This document shows positions 12,800 to 25,676 of a DNA stretch of 64,000 nucleotides, one piece after another (the first letter of the stretch is position 1; every line of letters begins with the position of its first letter). The position numbers were made by a program, and so were the translations under genes. The stretch covers positions 38,812,001 through 38,876,000 of the forward strand of contig OX597816.1 of assembly GCA_951406725.2 (NCBI GenBank). The letters are read 5' to 3'. Below the pieces are notes generated by a model. The model made no database searches. It saw only the letters and a list, made by a program, of their open reading frames with translations, and was not told where the DNA came from. The DNA comes from Octopus vulgaris (lineage: Eukaryota).

Positions 12800-13650
12800 A
12801 CATTACAATAACAAACAAAACAAATGTGGGGTACATAAAATGATTACGAATGAATTGTGATGCGTGAAAGTATCGGGTAGTATAATTTTCTCCGTCATCT
12901 TGTGGAGGTCAGGCAGGCTGATAAGGACCATCACTTCAAGGCCATATCCCCACCACTTGACCTCTGCTGTCTTGGACATTTTTAATATTTCTACTTTCTC
13001 TTCCATGTTGTAGAGGATGACTTCCACAAGCTAGTCCTTACTGATTTCTGGTGGCACTCTCCCTATTCTCACTCTGGCAGTGCATCTGCCGCAATAAGTA
13101 GGCAAGAGTGCCATTTTCAAGGCTACGGTGGAGTACTTCTTTGCTTCATTCTCATTAACGAAGCGTACCTCCACCGTGCCAAATTTTCTTCCTCTGTTAT
13201 GAAAAGTCGTCACTTCCATAATGTCTTTTAAGCATTTCTCTATTTCTTCCACGGCTGCTACTTCAATTATCTGTGTTGCCATGTTCAACGTTCGATATGT
13301 TATTATTTTTCGTTTGTAATTTTTTACCACTCAAACATCCTCCTTCCTTTTTCAATAGGTTGTTAAACTCTTTATAATCTGTACCTTTAACCTCCAGCTC
13401 CCGTATCTGCAGCACTTCCACTGTCAGGTTTTTGCCTGTTACCACATCATAACTGCCTGTCTGTGCTTGCATGTTTCCACTATTTACTGCTTCACCCATA
13501 ATGGAGAAGCTAAACAAAATTTCCAACGGCTTCAATAAATTACAATTTCAACAATTACAATTTTAGCAATACAATACTTGCAGTTTAACAATTCCGTCAT
13601 TCAACAAATCACATAACACAATGCAGTGTCCGTTGTCTCACAGAAAAACT
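12800..13650 (-). mobile_element. Decayed L1/Tx1-like LINE ORF1 (RRM-like) 5' fragment
   Basis: KRKIITYRTL...EEIEKCL...RGRKFGTVEVRF...TARVRIGRVPPEI, with frameshifts. Confidence 0.55.
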
Positions 13651-13831
13651 GTCACAAAAGACTGAGTGTACAACTATCTCTGCTTATTAAAGGTTTGCTA
13701 AGGTCTAGCCAATTTGTTAGTTTTTCACAGTTTGGCTAATAACACCTAGCTTTCCCCATTTTGACAATGGACTTCATCCTGACCTTACAGTGCAGCATGA
13801 AAAACTGTCTGTTTACTTGTTTAACTTAACA

Positions 13832-14205
13832 TCTTTATATATAAAAGTGAAGTTGTGTGTCTGTCTCCTACGATTTAGATTCCTAACTCCTCCCACATTT
13901 TGCGGTGCAGTTTAACCAAAAGCGGGTATCTTATAGTCGGGATTCATATCAAGCCCTGGGTATTAGCGCGCGTCTACAATGAGTCTACGATTTAAAAAAA
14001 AAATTTATCATTTTTTCGCTATTATATAAGGGAAGTAACTCTCTAAAAATGTCTATGATGAGTCAACGATTTAAAAAAAAAATTTACCATAATTTTTTTT
14101 CCATTTTTAATGCATCTATTTGCTATTTTTTGGCTATAACTCTCTAAAAATGCTTATATAGTTATTTCCCTTACAAACCCGAGCAACGTCGGGCGATACT
14201 ACTAG
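13832..14205 (+). mobile_element. Non-autonomous Helitron
   Basis: Starts TC(TTTATATATAAA), ends CTAG after the hairpin CCCGAGCAACGTCGGG, and sits between A and T. Second copy at 54749-55140. Confidence 0.9.
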
Positions 14206-14229
14206 TTATACTATAACACGTTTTTATTA

Positions 14230-14730
14230 TTTTTATAATTTCTAAACAACTTGACATTGTTTTTCTGTCTGTTGAATTGCCTTTGTGAAATCCGGATTGT
14301 TGTGTGCTGCTTTGCAGCAGTTTTTTCTGGTTGAACTGTCCCTCAACATTTTAAGGAGGGATGGCTGAGGCTTCTTTGGATGTGAGTGAATCAGCAGTGG
14401 AGTATTTGGAACTGTCATTGTCTGAAGAGGAGCTGGTAGAAGCTGTAAAGAAGATGGACAAGGTTATAAAAAGTTTTGTGGAGGTGACGAAGGTGCAAAA
14501 GAAAGAAGTAAGCCTCAAGAGTTTAACAAATTTTGAGAAAATGTTAAAAAAAGGTGGTGACGTGAAATTGCCACCACCACAAGACATTCTAAAGAAAATG
14601 GAGGAGAAGAAGACTGTGTATAAAGTTTATTCTATCTGGAAAAAAAAAGGTTAGAAAATGAGCCGACAGAAGAAACTGAGAAGGCGTGGAGGCCAATCTG
14701 GCAAGACAGCATATCCTGCCAGAGAAAGCC
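14230..14730 (+). mobile_element. Decayed LINE ORF1 5' fragment related to 12800-13650
   Basis: MAEAS...KKTVYKVYS / EETEKAWRPIWQDSISC motif similarity. Confidence 0.45.
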
Positions 14731-14898
14731 AATACAGCACAGTTTTACTCTTTCACTTGTTTCAGTCATTTGGCTGTGGCCATGCTGGAGCACCGCCTTT
14801 AGTCAAACAAATCGACCCCAGGACTTATTCTTTGTAAGCCTAGTACTTATTCTATTGGGCTCTCTTGCTGAACTGCTAAGTGACGGGGACATAAACAC

Positions 14899-15320
14899 GA
14901 TGCAATGTCCTTCCACATAGGGGCCAGGCATTTCTCTATTTTATCTTTTTCAAAATGTTTAAAAAGTTTATTCTCTGGACAGTAAGATTTAAACATTACT
15001 GTTTTCCTTTTTGTCTCTATGGCGTTGGAGGTGGGTGGTATCTTAATATCATTGTCCTCCACCTTCATTCTTCCAAAATATTCTTCCAGTTTTTCAACTG
15101 GAATTTCTATGGTTTCAATAGTCACTGTGTCATCTGCCAAAAATTTTTTTACAGTGTTGGCACCTCTGCCAACATTAACACCACTATCTTTGAGAGTGCA
15201 TTTTTCTTTAATAATTTTGACCGACATCTTCGATTGAAATTAATTCAATACAAAAATAAAGCCTAAAACGGTTTTTCAAAGTTTACAAAATATGTTCAAC
15301 AGAAGATATTGCTTCCACTT
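14899..15320 (-). mobile_element. Decayed LINE ORF1 5' fragment related to 12800-13650
   Basis: KRKTVMFKSY...DKIEKCLAPMWKDIASC. Confidence 0.5.
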
Positions 15321-15347
15321 AAAGTGGAAGCCCATAATAAATTTTCC

Positions 15348-15597
15348 TATAAAAAGCACCATCCATTCGTGGCCGTTTGCCAGCTCTGTCTAGCACCTGT
15401 GCGAGTGGCACGTAAAAAGCACCCACTACACTCACGGAGTGGTTGGCGTTAGGAAGGGCATCCAGCCGTAGAAACACTGCCAGATTTGACTGGGCCTGAT
15501 GAAGCCTTCTGGCTTCACAGACCCCAGTAGAACCGTCCAACCCATGCTAGCATGGAAAACGGACGCTAAACGATGATGATGATGATGATGATGATGA
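15348..15597 (+). mobile_element. RTE 3' fragment
   Basis: Conserved 3' block and (GAT)n. Confidence 0.85.
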
Positions 15598-15754
15598 GAT
15601 TATAACAGTACTAATCCCGCCCCTGCTAGGGGCAGGGCACAAAAACAAGGTCTAAAACGACTTAAAACAGTTCGAATTTTTACACAAAATTCCACAAAAA
15701 GCATTTCCACAATGGCCACAGAATTAAATTTAACAGTTCCTATTTCTCGGTATA

Positions 15755-16125
15755 TCATCATCATCATCATTATCATCATTGTTTAACATCCGCTTTCGAT
15801 GCTAGCATGAGTGGGACGATTTGACTGAGGTCTGGTGAATGAGATGGCTGCACCAGACTCCAATCTGATCTGGCAGAGTTTCTACAGCTGGATGCCCTTC
15901 CTAATGCCAACCACTCCCAGAGTGTAGTGGGTGCTTTTACATGCCACCGGCACGAGGGCCAGTCAGACGGTACTGGCAACGGCCATGCTCAAATAGTGCT
16001 TTTTATGTGCCACCTGCACAGGAGCCAGTCCAGTGGCACTGGCAATGAGCTCGCTTGAATGTTTTTTTCATGTGCCACCAGCACAAATGCTAGTAAGGCG
16101 ATGCAGGTAACGCTCAAGCTCGAAT
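15755..16125 (-). mobile_element. RTE 3' fragment
   Basis: Conserved 3' block and (GAT)n on the minus strand. Confidence 0.8.
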
Positions 16126-16277
16126 GGTAAGGGAATAGTAAAAACAAATACAACAATGGTAACAATACCACCAAAGTCAACTTTGTTTTTCGTTCTGACG
16201 AGATTATTTACCTTTTATATAGCAATATGGAATCAAGAGTGTCATTGATTACAGTTTTTGAAAGGCTCTATCACAGG

Positions 16278-16690
16278 AGGCGCAGGAGTGGCTGTGTAGT
16301 AAGTAGCTTGTTTACCAACCACATAGTTCTGGGTTCAGTCCCACTGCGTGGCACCTTGAGCAAGTGTCTTCTATTATAGCCTCGGGCCGACCAAAGCCTT
16401 GTGAGTGGATTTGGTAGACGGAAACTGAAAGAAGCCCGTTGTATATATATATATATATATATATATGCGTGTGTGTGTTTGTGTGTCTGTGTTTGTCCCC
16501 CTAGCATTGCTTGACAACCGATGCTGGTGTGTTTATGTCCCCGTTACTTAGCGGTTCGGCAAAAGAGACCGATAGAATAAGTACTGGGCTTACAAAAGAA
16601 TAAGTCCCGGGGTCGAGTTGCTCGATTAAAGGCGGTGCTCCAGCATGGCCGCAGTCAAATGACTGAAACAAGTAAAAGAGTAAAGAGTAA
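16278..16690 (+). mobile_element. SINE family A, full length
   Basis: GGCGCAGGAGTGGCTGTGTAG...GGTTCAGTCCC...AAGTAAAAGAGTAAAGAG. Confidence 0.9.
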
Positions 16691-17187
16691 GAGGTTCATT
16701 TCATTTCTGGAGATGAGAGTTTCAAGCAAGTATTTGTTACTCCATACAGAACAATCATACTTCACCCATAAAGTAACATCTTTCCAGTTTCCTAATCAAT
16801 GTTTATATTCTACACCAGGGGCCAGCAACAAGCATTTTAATCTAGCTCACGGAGCATTTTGGGTAGGTCCTGAATAACCTTTATTAACATTTATTTTACA
16901 ACACCTCTGTTTTTGGATTTAATTGATAGTAATTGCACTGCATGACCATGTGAAAAACACACACACAGGTTTACATTCAATATGTATTGAGTTGTCAGAC
17001 AGTAGCACCCCAACAAAGGCCCAGATAGCACAAAAGACAAAAATAATTTTCACCAGTAAAAGAAATAAAAACATTAAAAAGATAGACAGGGGTGGGTGCA
17101 TGCACAATTACTGGTATGTTAATTTAATAATAATGTTAATTAAATAATAACATAGTACGTTAATGTAATAGTAATTTAATAATAATG

Positions 17188-17400
17188 AATTACGGAGATG
17201 TACTTGCATAGCAAGTGACCTGATCTGAGATCGTGTGCTGGAATGAAAACAATTGCAGCATGGAAGGAAGGTGTTTATAAGCCATTTAAGAAACACACAA
17301 AATCCGTTAGATTCACTTCAACATTTAAATTTAATTTGTCAAAATATTTTTGTCGGTTTGAGACCGCGACCTGTTCACTGACAAAACTCCACGTTGCATG
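17188..17400 (-). mobile_element. Penelope-type terminal-repeat fragment (same family as 48015-48335) with a mutated GUGAACA hammerhead motif at 17335-17385
   Basis: High similarity to 48015-48335. GAAA of the core reads AAAA in this copy. Confidence 0.7.
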
Positions 17401-17406
17401 AATTAA

Positions 17407-17626
17407 CCCTTTAGCATTCAAACCGGCCATATCTGGCCAAAATATTTAACCTGTTTTATATTGAAACTGTCCAGATCTCGCCTCTCACCTCAGCCGTACC
17501 ATGTCATTCTAAAACTAAAAAATCACATCACTGAAATCTCTAAACTACAAGATAATGCATGATTAATTCAAACCATTTTAAATTAACAAACATCACATTT
17601 GACAGAATAATCTGAACACTAAATGG
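17407..17626. mobile_element. TTAA-flanked MITE (piggyBac-like)
   Basis: TTAA|CCCTTTAG...CTAAATGG|TTAA. Homologous copy at 39680-39899. Confidence 0.8.
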
Positions 17627-17967
17627 TTAAATAAAATGAAATGAAGTGTTACGAAAAATTTCAATGTTATATTTTTCATGAAAAAATAATTTACTGCAGC
17701 ACAATGGTAGTTGATTGTAGTCATGAAAATTTTGTCAACTAGCATGGCTTTGCCTGTTAATCCTCACAATCCTCCTCCTCATCATCATCATCGTTTAACG
17801 TCCGCTAGCACGGGTTGGACGGTTCGACCGGGGTCTGGGAAGCCAGGGGCTGCACCAGGCTCCAGTCTGATCTGGCAGAGTTTCTACAGCTGGATGCCCT
17901 TCCTAATGCCAACCACTCTGCGAGTGTAATTTAAGGAGCTGAATTCCAATATAATATTTCTGTCTAT

Positions 17968-18380
17968 TACTCTCTTTTACTCTTTTACTTGTTTCAGTCA
18001 TTTGACTGTGGCCATGCTGGAGTACCGCCTTTAGTCGAGCTAATCGACCCCGGGACTTATTCTTTGTAAGCCCAGTACTTATTCTATCGGTCTCTTTTGC
18101 CGAACCGCTAAGTGACGGGGACGTAAACACACCAGCATCGGTTGTCAAGCAATGCTAGGGAGACAAACACAGACACACAAACACACACATACACATATAT
18201 ATATATATACATATATACAACAGGCTTCTTTCAGTTTCTGTCTACCAAATCCACTCACAAGGCATTGGTCGGCCCGGGGCTATAGCAGAAGACACTTGCC
18301 CAAGATGCCACGCAGTGGGACTGAACCCGGAACCATGTGGTTGGTTAGCAAGCTACCTACCACACAGCCACTCCTATGCC
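17968..18380 (-). mobile_element. SINE family A, full length
   Basis: Reverse-complement match to 16278-16690. Confidence 0.9.
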
Positions 18381-18587
18381 TATTATTGTCAAATTATAAT
18401 TTTTTGTTTTTTGTTTTATGTTCCCAGGTTTTCGCTGATTAAATCAATGCAATGGAAAACAAGAAAAGGAAGATTGATTTTTAACATTGGGCTTTCAATG
18501 TTTCGTGGACACTGAACTTCTTCATTAATCAGTTTGGCAAATGTGTGTGTGTTTAATTTGCTGAAAACTGATAGCAGTTAAGAAGGT

Positions 18588-18850
18588 TGTGTCGGTGGCA
18601 CGTAAAAAACACCATCCGAGCGTGGCCGTTCGCAAGCCTCGTCTGGCACCTGTGTCAGTGGCACATAAAATCACCCACTACACTCTCGGAGTGGTTGGTG
18701 TTAGGAAGGGCATCCAGCTGTAGAAACACTGCCAGATCTGACTGGCCTGGTGCAGCCTTCGGGCTCCCCAGACCCCAGTTGAACCGTCCAACCCATGCTA
18801 GCATGGAAAGCGGACGTTAAACGATGACGATGATGATGATGATGATGATG
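18588..18850 (+). mobile_element. RTE 3' fragment
   Basis: Conserved 3' block and (GAT)n. Confidence 0.85.
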
Positions 18851-18913
18851 ATTACGAGGCTTGTCATAATAATTACAACAGTTTCCTTGGAATGGCGCGA
18901 GAAGATGAAGTAG

Positions 18914-19230
18914 TCATCATCATCATCATTAAACGTCCGTTCTCCATGCTAGCATGGGTTGGACGGTTTGACCGGGGATCTGGGAAGCCAGAAGGCTGCA
19001 CCAGGCTCCAGTCTTATCTGGCAATGTTTCTACAGCTGGATGCCCTTCCTAACGCCAACCACTCCGTGAGTGTAGTGGGTGCTTTTACGTGCCACCTGCA
19101 CTGGAGCCAGGCGAGGCTGGCATCGGCCAAGGTCGGATTGGTGCATTTTACGTGCCACCTGCACGGAAGCCAGTTGAGGCGGCACTGGCTTTGGCCACGA
19201 TTCGGATGGTGCTTTTTACGTGCCACCGAC
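18914..19230 (-). mobile_element. RTE 3' fragment
   Basis: Conserved 3' block and (GAT)n on the minus strand. Confidence 0.85.
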
Positions 19231-19484
19231 GGGTGAAAAACAATCTTCTTAAGCAATCATCTTTCTTCACCATTAAGGTTGAAGAAAGCAACAGAAGCAC
19301 CTGTGCCAGTTATGAAGTTTCAAGACTGATAGCAGCAAGAATGAAGTCATTCAGTGATAGTGATAGTGAATTCTTTAAGGAATATATGATGAAAGTAGTG
19401 GAAGTTATATGTCCAGAAAAAAAGGATTTATTTTCTGAAATCAGTTTGTCCCCGAGAACAGTCACTCAAAGAATTGAAGAAATG

Positions 19485-19736
19485 TTAGTTAGTTAGTTAG
19501 TTAATTTTTGGCTCAAAAGCAAATAGCAAGGCCATGTAGGGGGACATGGAGTTAAGTACAGGGTGGTGTTCATGTAAAGAGTTCAGGCCACTTGAGGTCA
19601 AGGGAGGCTTTGAACAAAGCGGTCGTCAGCATCTTCACCATCTCGTCTGGCAGCTTGTTCCATGGATCCGCAACCCGGATGGAGAAAGCTCCTCTCCTTC
19701 GATTGAGATGAAATGGCGGTCGATGTCAAGAGAAGC
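19485..19736 (-). mobile_element. CR1-clade LINE 3' end
   Basis: Reverse complement of the 3' end at about 34480-34685, with a (TAAC)n tail. Confidence 0.85.
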
Positions 19737-20771
19737 TTAGGAGGTGTGTTACAGAGTCTTGAATATTTTTCCATTGCTATCGATGACACTACTGATAAGA
19801 CAGATACCTGCAAACTCACAGTTTTTGTGAAGGGTGTTACTCTGACCTTTAACATTGTGGAAGAATTTGCACAAGTCATTTCTTTGTAAAAAAACAACTA
19901 CCAGATCAGATTATATGACAGCCTCATGAATTGGGTGATTCAATCAAAGCTATTTGGGGTGACCACCAAAAGAGCACCAGCAATGATTGGTGAGAAAAAA
20001 AGGTGTGGTATCTTTACTTCAAGAACAGGTTGGTGGACAACAGACACTATTCAAACTGCATTGGCTCTTCATAAGGCTCAGCATTTTGAGATCAGCCTTC
20101 AATACTTTGTTCCATGTTTTCCTGGGTCTCCCTCCTCCACAACTTATTTCCATTTTAAGTGATTGGCACTTCTTATAAAATATATACACAAATGCCTACA
20201 CAAATTACTTTACAACTATCAAATATGCAACTTGATAGCTTGTACTATGCCTTGGCTAATTGTTTTAGATTCCTGTGTCATCACAAGCGTATATGATAAT
20301 CCTCTTGGCTCTTCAAACCCTTCATTCAGCAAAGCAGTAAAGATATGACAGCTAAAGAGAGAGAGAGAGAGAGAGAGAGGTGGGGTGTGGCTACCCCAGC
20401 ACTCTGCTGGCAACCGTTCCTGCTGAATCGACTGGAGCAATGTAAAATAAAGTGTCTTGCTCAAGGAGCCATTCACTGTATATGTTTTGTGTCTCCTTGT
20501 CTTGACATAGTGTGATTGTTGTAAATGCGTGTTTCTGTCATATAAGCAGTGTCATTTATTTTCAATATTTTGTAAAAGACATATCTGGCAACAGGGAAAT
20601 ATTACTATGGAAACAGGCAAGAGCTGATGATAGAAAAGGCATCCAGCTGTAGAAAATCTGCTTCAATAAAAACTCCAAGCATGGAAAAGTGAACATTAAA
20701 ATGATGATGAAGATGACATATCATCATCATCGTCATTTTAATGTCATTTCTTCTATGCTATTATGTGTTGG

Positions 20772-21336
20772 GCGAGCTGGCAGAAACATTAGCACACCGG
20801 GTGAGATGCATAGCTGTATTTCATCTGCCGCTACATTCTGAGTTCAAATTCCGCCACGGTCAACTTTGCCTTTCATCCTTTTGGGGTTGATTAAATAAGT
20901 GGGAAGCACTCCATCGGTTACGACGACGAGGGTTCCGGTTGATCCGATCAACGGAACAGCCTGCTTGTGAAATTAACGTGTAAGTGGCTGAGCACTCCAC
21001 AGACACGTGTACCCTTAACGTAGTTCTCAGGGAGATTCAGCGTGACACAGAGAGTGACAAGGCCGGCCCCTTGAAATACAGGTACAACTCATTTTTGCTA
21101 GCTGAGTGGACTGGAGCAACGTGAAATAAAGTGTCTTGCTCAAGGACACAACGCATCGCCGGGAATCGAACTCACGACCTTACAATCATCAGCCGAATGC
21201 CCTAACCACTAAGCCATGCGCCTTCACTAAATAAGTACCAGTTACGCACTGAGGTCGATATAATCGACTTAATCCGTTTGTCTGTCCTTGTTTGTCCCCT
21301 CTGTGTGTAGCCCCTTGTGGGCAGTAAAGAAATAGG
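20772..21336 (+). mobile_element. SINE family B carrying a nested SINE family C
   Basis: GGCGAGCTGGCAGAA...GAGTTCAAATTCC head and Deu/Nin-like core, interrupted at 20901-21227. Confidence 0.85.
20901..21227 (-). mobile_element. tRNA-derived SINE family C with a 9-bp TSD
   Basis: Minus-strand A-box TGGCTTAGTGG, B-box GTTCGATTCCC and TGTCCTTGAGCAAGACAC. TAAATAAGT is duplicated at 20892-20900 and 21228-21236. Confidence 0.9.
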
Positions 21337-22340
21337 TTTGATATGAACTAACAAGCCAGAAGGTTGTGCCGAGCTTTAATATCTGCTTTGGCATCAATTT
21401 TACAGTTGGATACCCTTTGTAATGCCAACCACTTCACAGTGTGTACGTGTGTTTTTTGGGGTTTTTTTTTTTTGTGACACCAAAACTGGTGAGGTCACCA
21501 AGTATCCAGAAGACAAGATCCCTCAGTTGAGTGGGGTATAGTACTGAGATATATGAAAGCATATTAGAAGGACAGGAACAAGTATCTTGCTGATAGAGCT
21601 CTAAGGTCAATGTACAAGGTGAATATGAGAGAGAGAAAAGGTGGATAAGTGAGTTAGAGTGAAATTCCACACAGTTTCCATCCTGTAAATACACTCACGA
21701 GGTATTGATCCGTCTGGGGATATATTCCAAGACAGTTGGTCAAGTTATCACATAAGCCTGCACTTACTTATTTACAGCATTTGGAGTTTTATTTTATTTC
21801 TTTATTTCTTTATTTTTTTCTTCTTTTTTTTTGGCTTTTTTTCTTCATCCAGAAATAAAGAATTTCTGAAATATTTAAAAATCTATTTTTATATTATTTC
21901 TTCATTTTTGTCCCTTGTGTGTTAATTAATTAAGAAATTATTATTTCTTTTTTCTGTTGTGTGCATATGTGTATGCTTCTGTGTTTATAATTTTGTATAT
22001 AAAGAAAAGGTATTTAAAACTACATACAGACACATACATGCACATATTCATATGTAGTTACATGCACTTCTCTTGGGATTCAGTTGCAAATCGAAGGAAG
22101 TAAATATTTTGAATTCTTGCTTTAATCCCCGAGGAAAGAATTGAAACAGTAATACTGAAGTTTCCATGATGAATATTTGAAAAATTTTGGTTGATGAAGT
22201 AAAAGGAAGTTTAGTTTGAGTGAACCATTTTAAAATATTTTGATTATGCAAGTAGTCAGCATCATATACTACCACAAACACACACACACACATATACATA
22301 CATATATATATATATCTATATCTATATATATATATATATA

Positions 22341-23680
22341 CATCATCATCATCATCACCATCATCATTTAACATACGTTTTCCATGCTAGCATGGGTTGG
22401 ATGGTTTGACCGGGGTCTGGGAAGCCAGGAGGCTGCACCAGGCTCCAGTCTGATGTGGCAGTGTTTCTACAGCTGGATGCCCTTCCTAATGCCAACGATA
22501 CCGTGAGTGTAGTGGGTGCTTTTTACATGCCACCGGCACGGGTATCACAATTGCAATTTCCATTTGATTTTGATTTTGATGTACTTGATTCAATAGGTCT
22601 CCTCAAGCACAGCAGGTTGCCCTACGATCCAAGGTAAGCACAGCAGGTCATCCTACAATCCAAGGTACTTTGAATGGGCTGGGGCTGGTTATGTGAAGCT
22701 GGCGTAGGATGCGCCAAGGACTCACTTTATTTGTTGGGTCTTCGCAGTCACAGCATATCTCTAGAGGTCTCAGTCTTTCGTCATTGCCTCTGTAAGGCCC
22801 AACGTTCGAAGGTCATGCTTAACCACCTCATCCCATGTCTTCCTGGGTCTACCTCTACCCCAGATTCCTTCAACTGTTTGGGAGTGGCACTTCTTCACAC
22901 ATCTCTCCTCATCCATCTGTGGTACATGACCATACCAGCACAACCGTCTCTCTTGCACACCACATCCGATGCTTCTTATGTCCAACATTTCTCTCAGGGT
23001 ACTTACACTCTGTCGTGTGTGCACACTGACAGTACACATCCAACGGATCATGTTAGCTTCATTTCTTTTGAGCCTACGCATGTTCTCCGCAGTCACGGCC
23101 CATGTTTCACTGCCATGAAGCATAGCAGTTTGCACACATGCATCGTACAATCTCTCTTTCACTCTGAGCAAGAGACCCTTTGTCACCAGTAGGAGTGGAA
23201 TCTTTCTAAACTTTGCCTAGGCTATTCCTATTCTAGTGGTAACACTCTCTGAGCATCCACCCCCACTACTAACTTGGTCATCTAGGTATCAGAAGCTATC
23301 AACTACTTCTAGCTTCTCCCACTGGAGTGTGATGAAGTCTGTTTTCTGAGCATCTGTGGTGTCTATTGCCCCTGTGCATCTGCCACACATGAAAGCTATC
23401 TTCTCGGTTTACCTTCCTTTGATGTTGTTGCACCTCTTATGTGTCCATAGCTTACATTGGGCACGTCTTAGGAAGTTCCCTACCTACACCTTTTCTACAG
23501 ATCGAGTAGGGTCACCTACTTGAAGGTGTGTGCGATGAGTTCGCTTTCCTACTTACTGTAACTTTGGTCTTTGCTTCATTGACTCTAAGGCCTTTTGTTT
23601 CTAAACCTTGCTTCCACTCCCGAAATTTCTTTTCTAGTTCCGGTAGTGATTCTGCTATGAGGGCCATATCATCAGTCAGG
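22341..23680 (-). mobile_element. RTE-clade LINE, 5'-truncated (RT C-terminus and 3' UTR)
   Basis: DDMALIAES...YLDDQV...LYDACVQTAMLHGSETW...RLCWYGHV...GRGRPRKTW, followed by the UTR and (GAT)n tail. Confidence 0.92.
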
Positions 23681-23749
23681 CAGTACTGGCCACACTCAAA
23701 TTTTTTTTTTTATGTGCCACCTGCACAGGAGCCAGTCGAGTGGCACTGG

Positions 23750-24040
23750 CAATGCTGGTGAGGAGTTGATTTATGGAGAGTGGGAAGTTGATCTAGACCT
23801 TTTTTTCAAAGGTTATCACTGGTGACGAAAGCTGGTACTACAGAATTTGCAGATGTGGAAGAGGTGAAAAAAAAAAAAGAAATGACAGAGGCATTAAAAG
23901 GCATCACTTCACTTAAAAGGCATCACTTCACTTCGTGGAAAACGTGCCTGGATTGAAGCATTCCTTCAAATGGAGAATACTTTGAAAATGATAAAATTGT
24001 AAACATGTAAAACTAAGTGAATAAAATAATATGGCAAAAT
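23750..24040 (+). mobile_element. Mariner transposase remnant
   Basis: VITGDESWY motif and an EYFE-like C-terminal remnant. Confidence 0.5.
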
Positions 24041-24621
24041 TCTGGTTTCTTGTGTGTTTGTGTGTGTATGTATATGTATGCATATATGCATATATATATA
24101 TGTGTGCATATATACATACATATGTGTGTGTGTGTGTTTGTTTCCCAATCATCACTTGACAACCTGTGTTGGTTTATGTCCCTGTAAATTAGCAGTTCAG
24201 CAAAAGAGACTGATAGAATAAGTATAAGACTTAAAAAAATAAATACTAGGATCAATCTGTTTGACTAAAACCCATCAAGGCAGTGTCCAAGCATGGCCAC
24301 CACTCTAATGACTGAAACAAGTAAAAGATAAATGAAAGGTAAACCATTGTCAGTGCCAAATAACAATAAGCATTTCCTACATAATCCCAACTAACAGATT
24401 TATAAGGAAGCAGGATGGCAAGATAAATGATTATCATATGATATTTATAATGGTCCCATCACCATCAATGTTACCATAATAATGATAATAATAATACCCT
24501 TATCAGCTGGGTAGTCATGATGGGTATACTGGGCTTTGTATATTTTCCCCAGTGTCACTTTGATGGCATGCACTGCTCTCTCACTCAATGATAATGATAA
24601 TAATAATAATAATAATAATAA

Positions 24622-25600
24622 GGAAGCTGACAAATACAAAAAAAGTCATAGTAACAAACAACTATGAAGGAAAAGAAGAAACAACAAAAGCTGTAAAACA
24701 ACTGAAATCCAAACTAAAACTGGAATAGCAATGGATCATGATAAAATGATGGCAAGAAAAGCCCTTTTATGGCAAATATTGGGTTAAACTAAACAGAAAA
24801 GAAATAGGCAAAGCAAAATCCCAACAATGGCTGATAAGCTCAGGACTCAAAGCAGCAACTGAAGGATTTTAATTGCAGCACAATATCAAAGCCTCCTCAC
24901 CAGAAATCACCAAAAACACATAATGAAAAGAAATACAAGTAACTGCAGAATATGTGGTGATGGAGAAGAAACAACAGTCTCTGACTGCCCACTCCTGGCA
25001 AAGAAAAAATATATTCACAGACCTGACTGAGTTGAGATCTATATACACTGGAAGCTATGCCAACTCTATGGAATAACAACAGAAAAAAGATGGTATAGGC
25101 ATACCCCAGAAAAGGTTACAGAAAATAAGAAAGCAACTATACTCTGGGATATGCCAATACATACAGGTAGAGAAATTAAGGCCAACAGGCCAGATATAAT
25201 TGTCAGAAATCACCAAGGAAAAAAATGCTTTCTATTCGATGTATCAATACCAACAGATGAAAACATTCCTCTAAAAGAAATGGAGAAACTTTCAAAATAC
25301 AAAAATCTGGAAATAGAGATAACTTGAATGTGGAGCCTAAAAACAGAAACAATTCCTATCATAGTAGGTGCATTAGGTATGATAGAAAAACGTTCAGACA
25401 AATATATAGCAAAAACACCAGGACTTACACGTATATACAATATACAGACAATAGCACTACTAGGCACTACACATATTCTATGTAAAACATTTTCAATACA
25501 GTGAAAATAAGAGCACCACAACAAACCACAGTACATACCCAAGGCACACAGAATTGTGCTCAGTAGTGCAGTGAAAGCATGTGATAAAAATATGACTACT
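24622..25600 (+). mobile_element. R4/Dong-clade non-LTR element (zinc knuckle and restriction-like endonuclease) in a (TAA)n array
   Basis: CRICGDGEET...ILWDMPIHT...NRPDIIV...DVSIP...EKLSKY...PIIVGALG. (TAA)n on both sides. Confidence 0.9.
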
Positions 25601-25611
25601 GGATGATGATG

Positions 25612-25676
<65 letters not shown>

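Larger units (their letters stand above)
18452..20040 (+). pseudogene. Fragmented hAT (Charlie/GTF2IRD2-like) transposase
   Basis: MENKKRKID...VCLIC; STCASYEVSRLIA...SLSPRTVTQRIEEM; YFSIAIDDTTD...FVKGV...VEEF; TTKRAPAMIG. Interrupted by two RTE 3' ends and one CR1 3' end. Confidence 0.85.

Noticed and set aside
21150-21227. tRNA-like sequences (also at 31160-31235 and SINE A heads)
   Set aside because: They are SINE heads with A/B boxes that run into SINE bodies, with no convincing complete cloverleaf.
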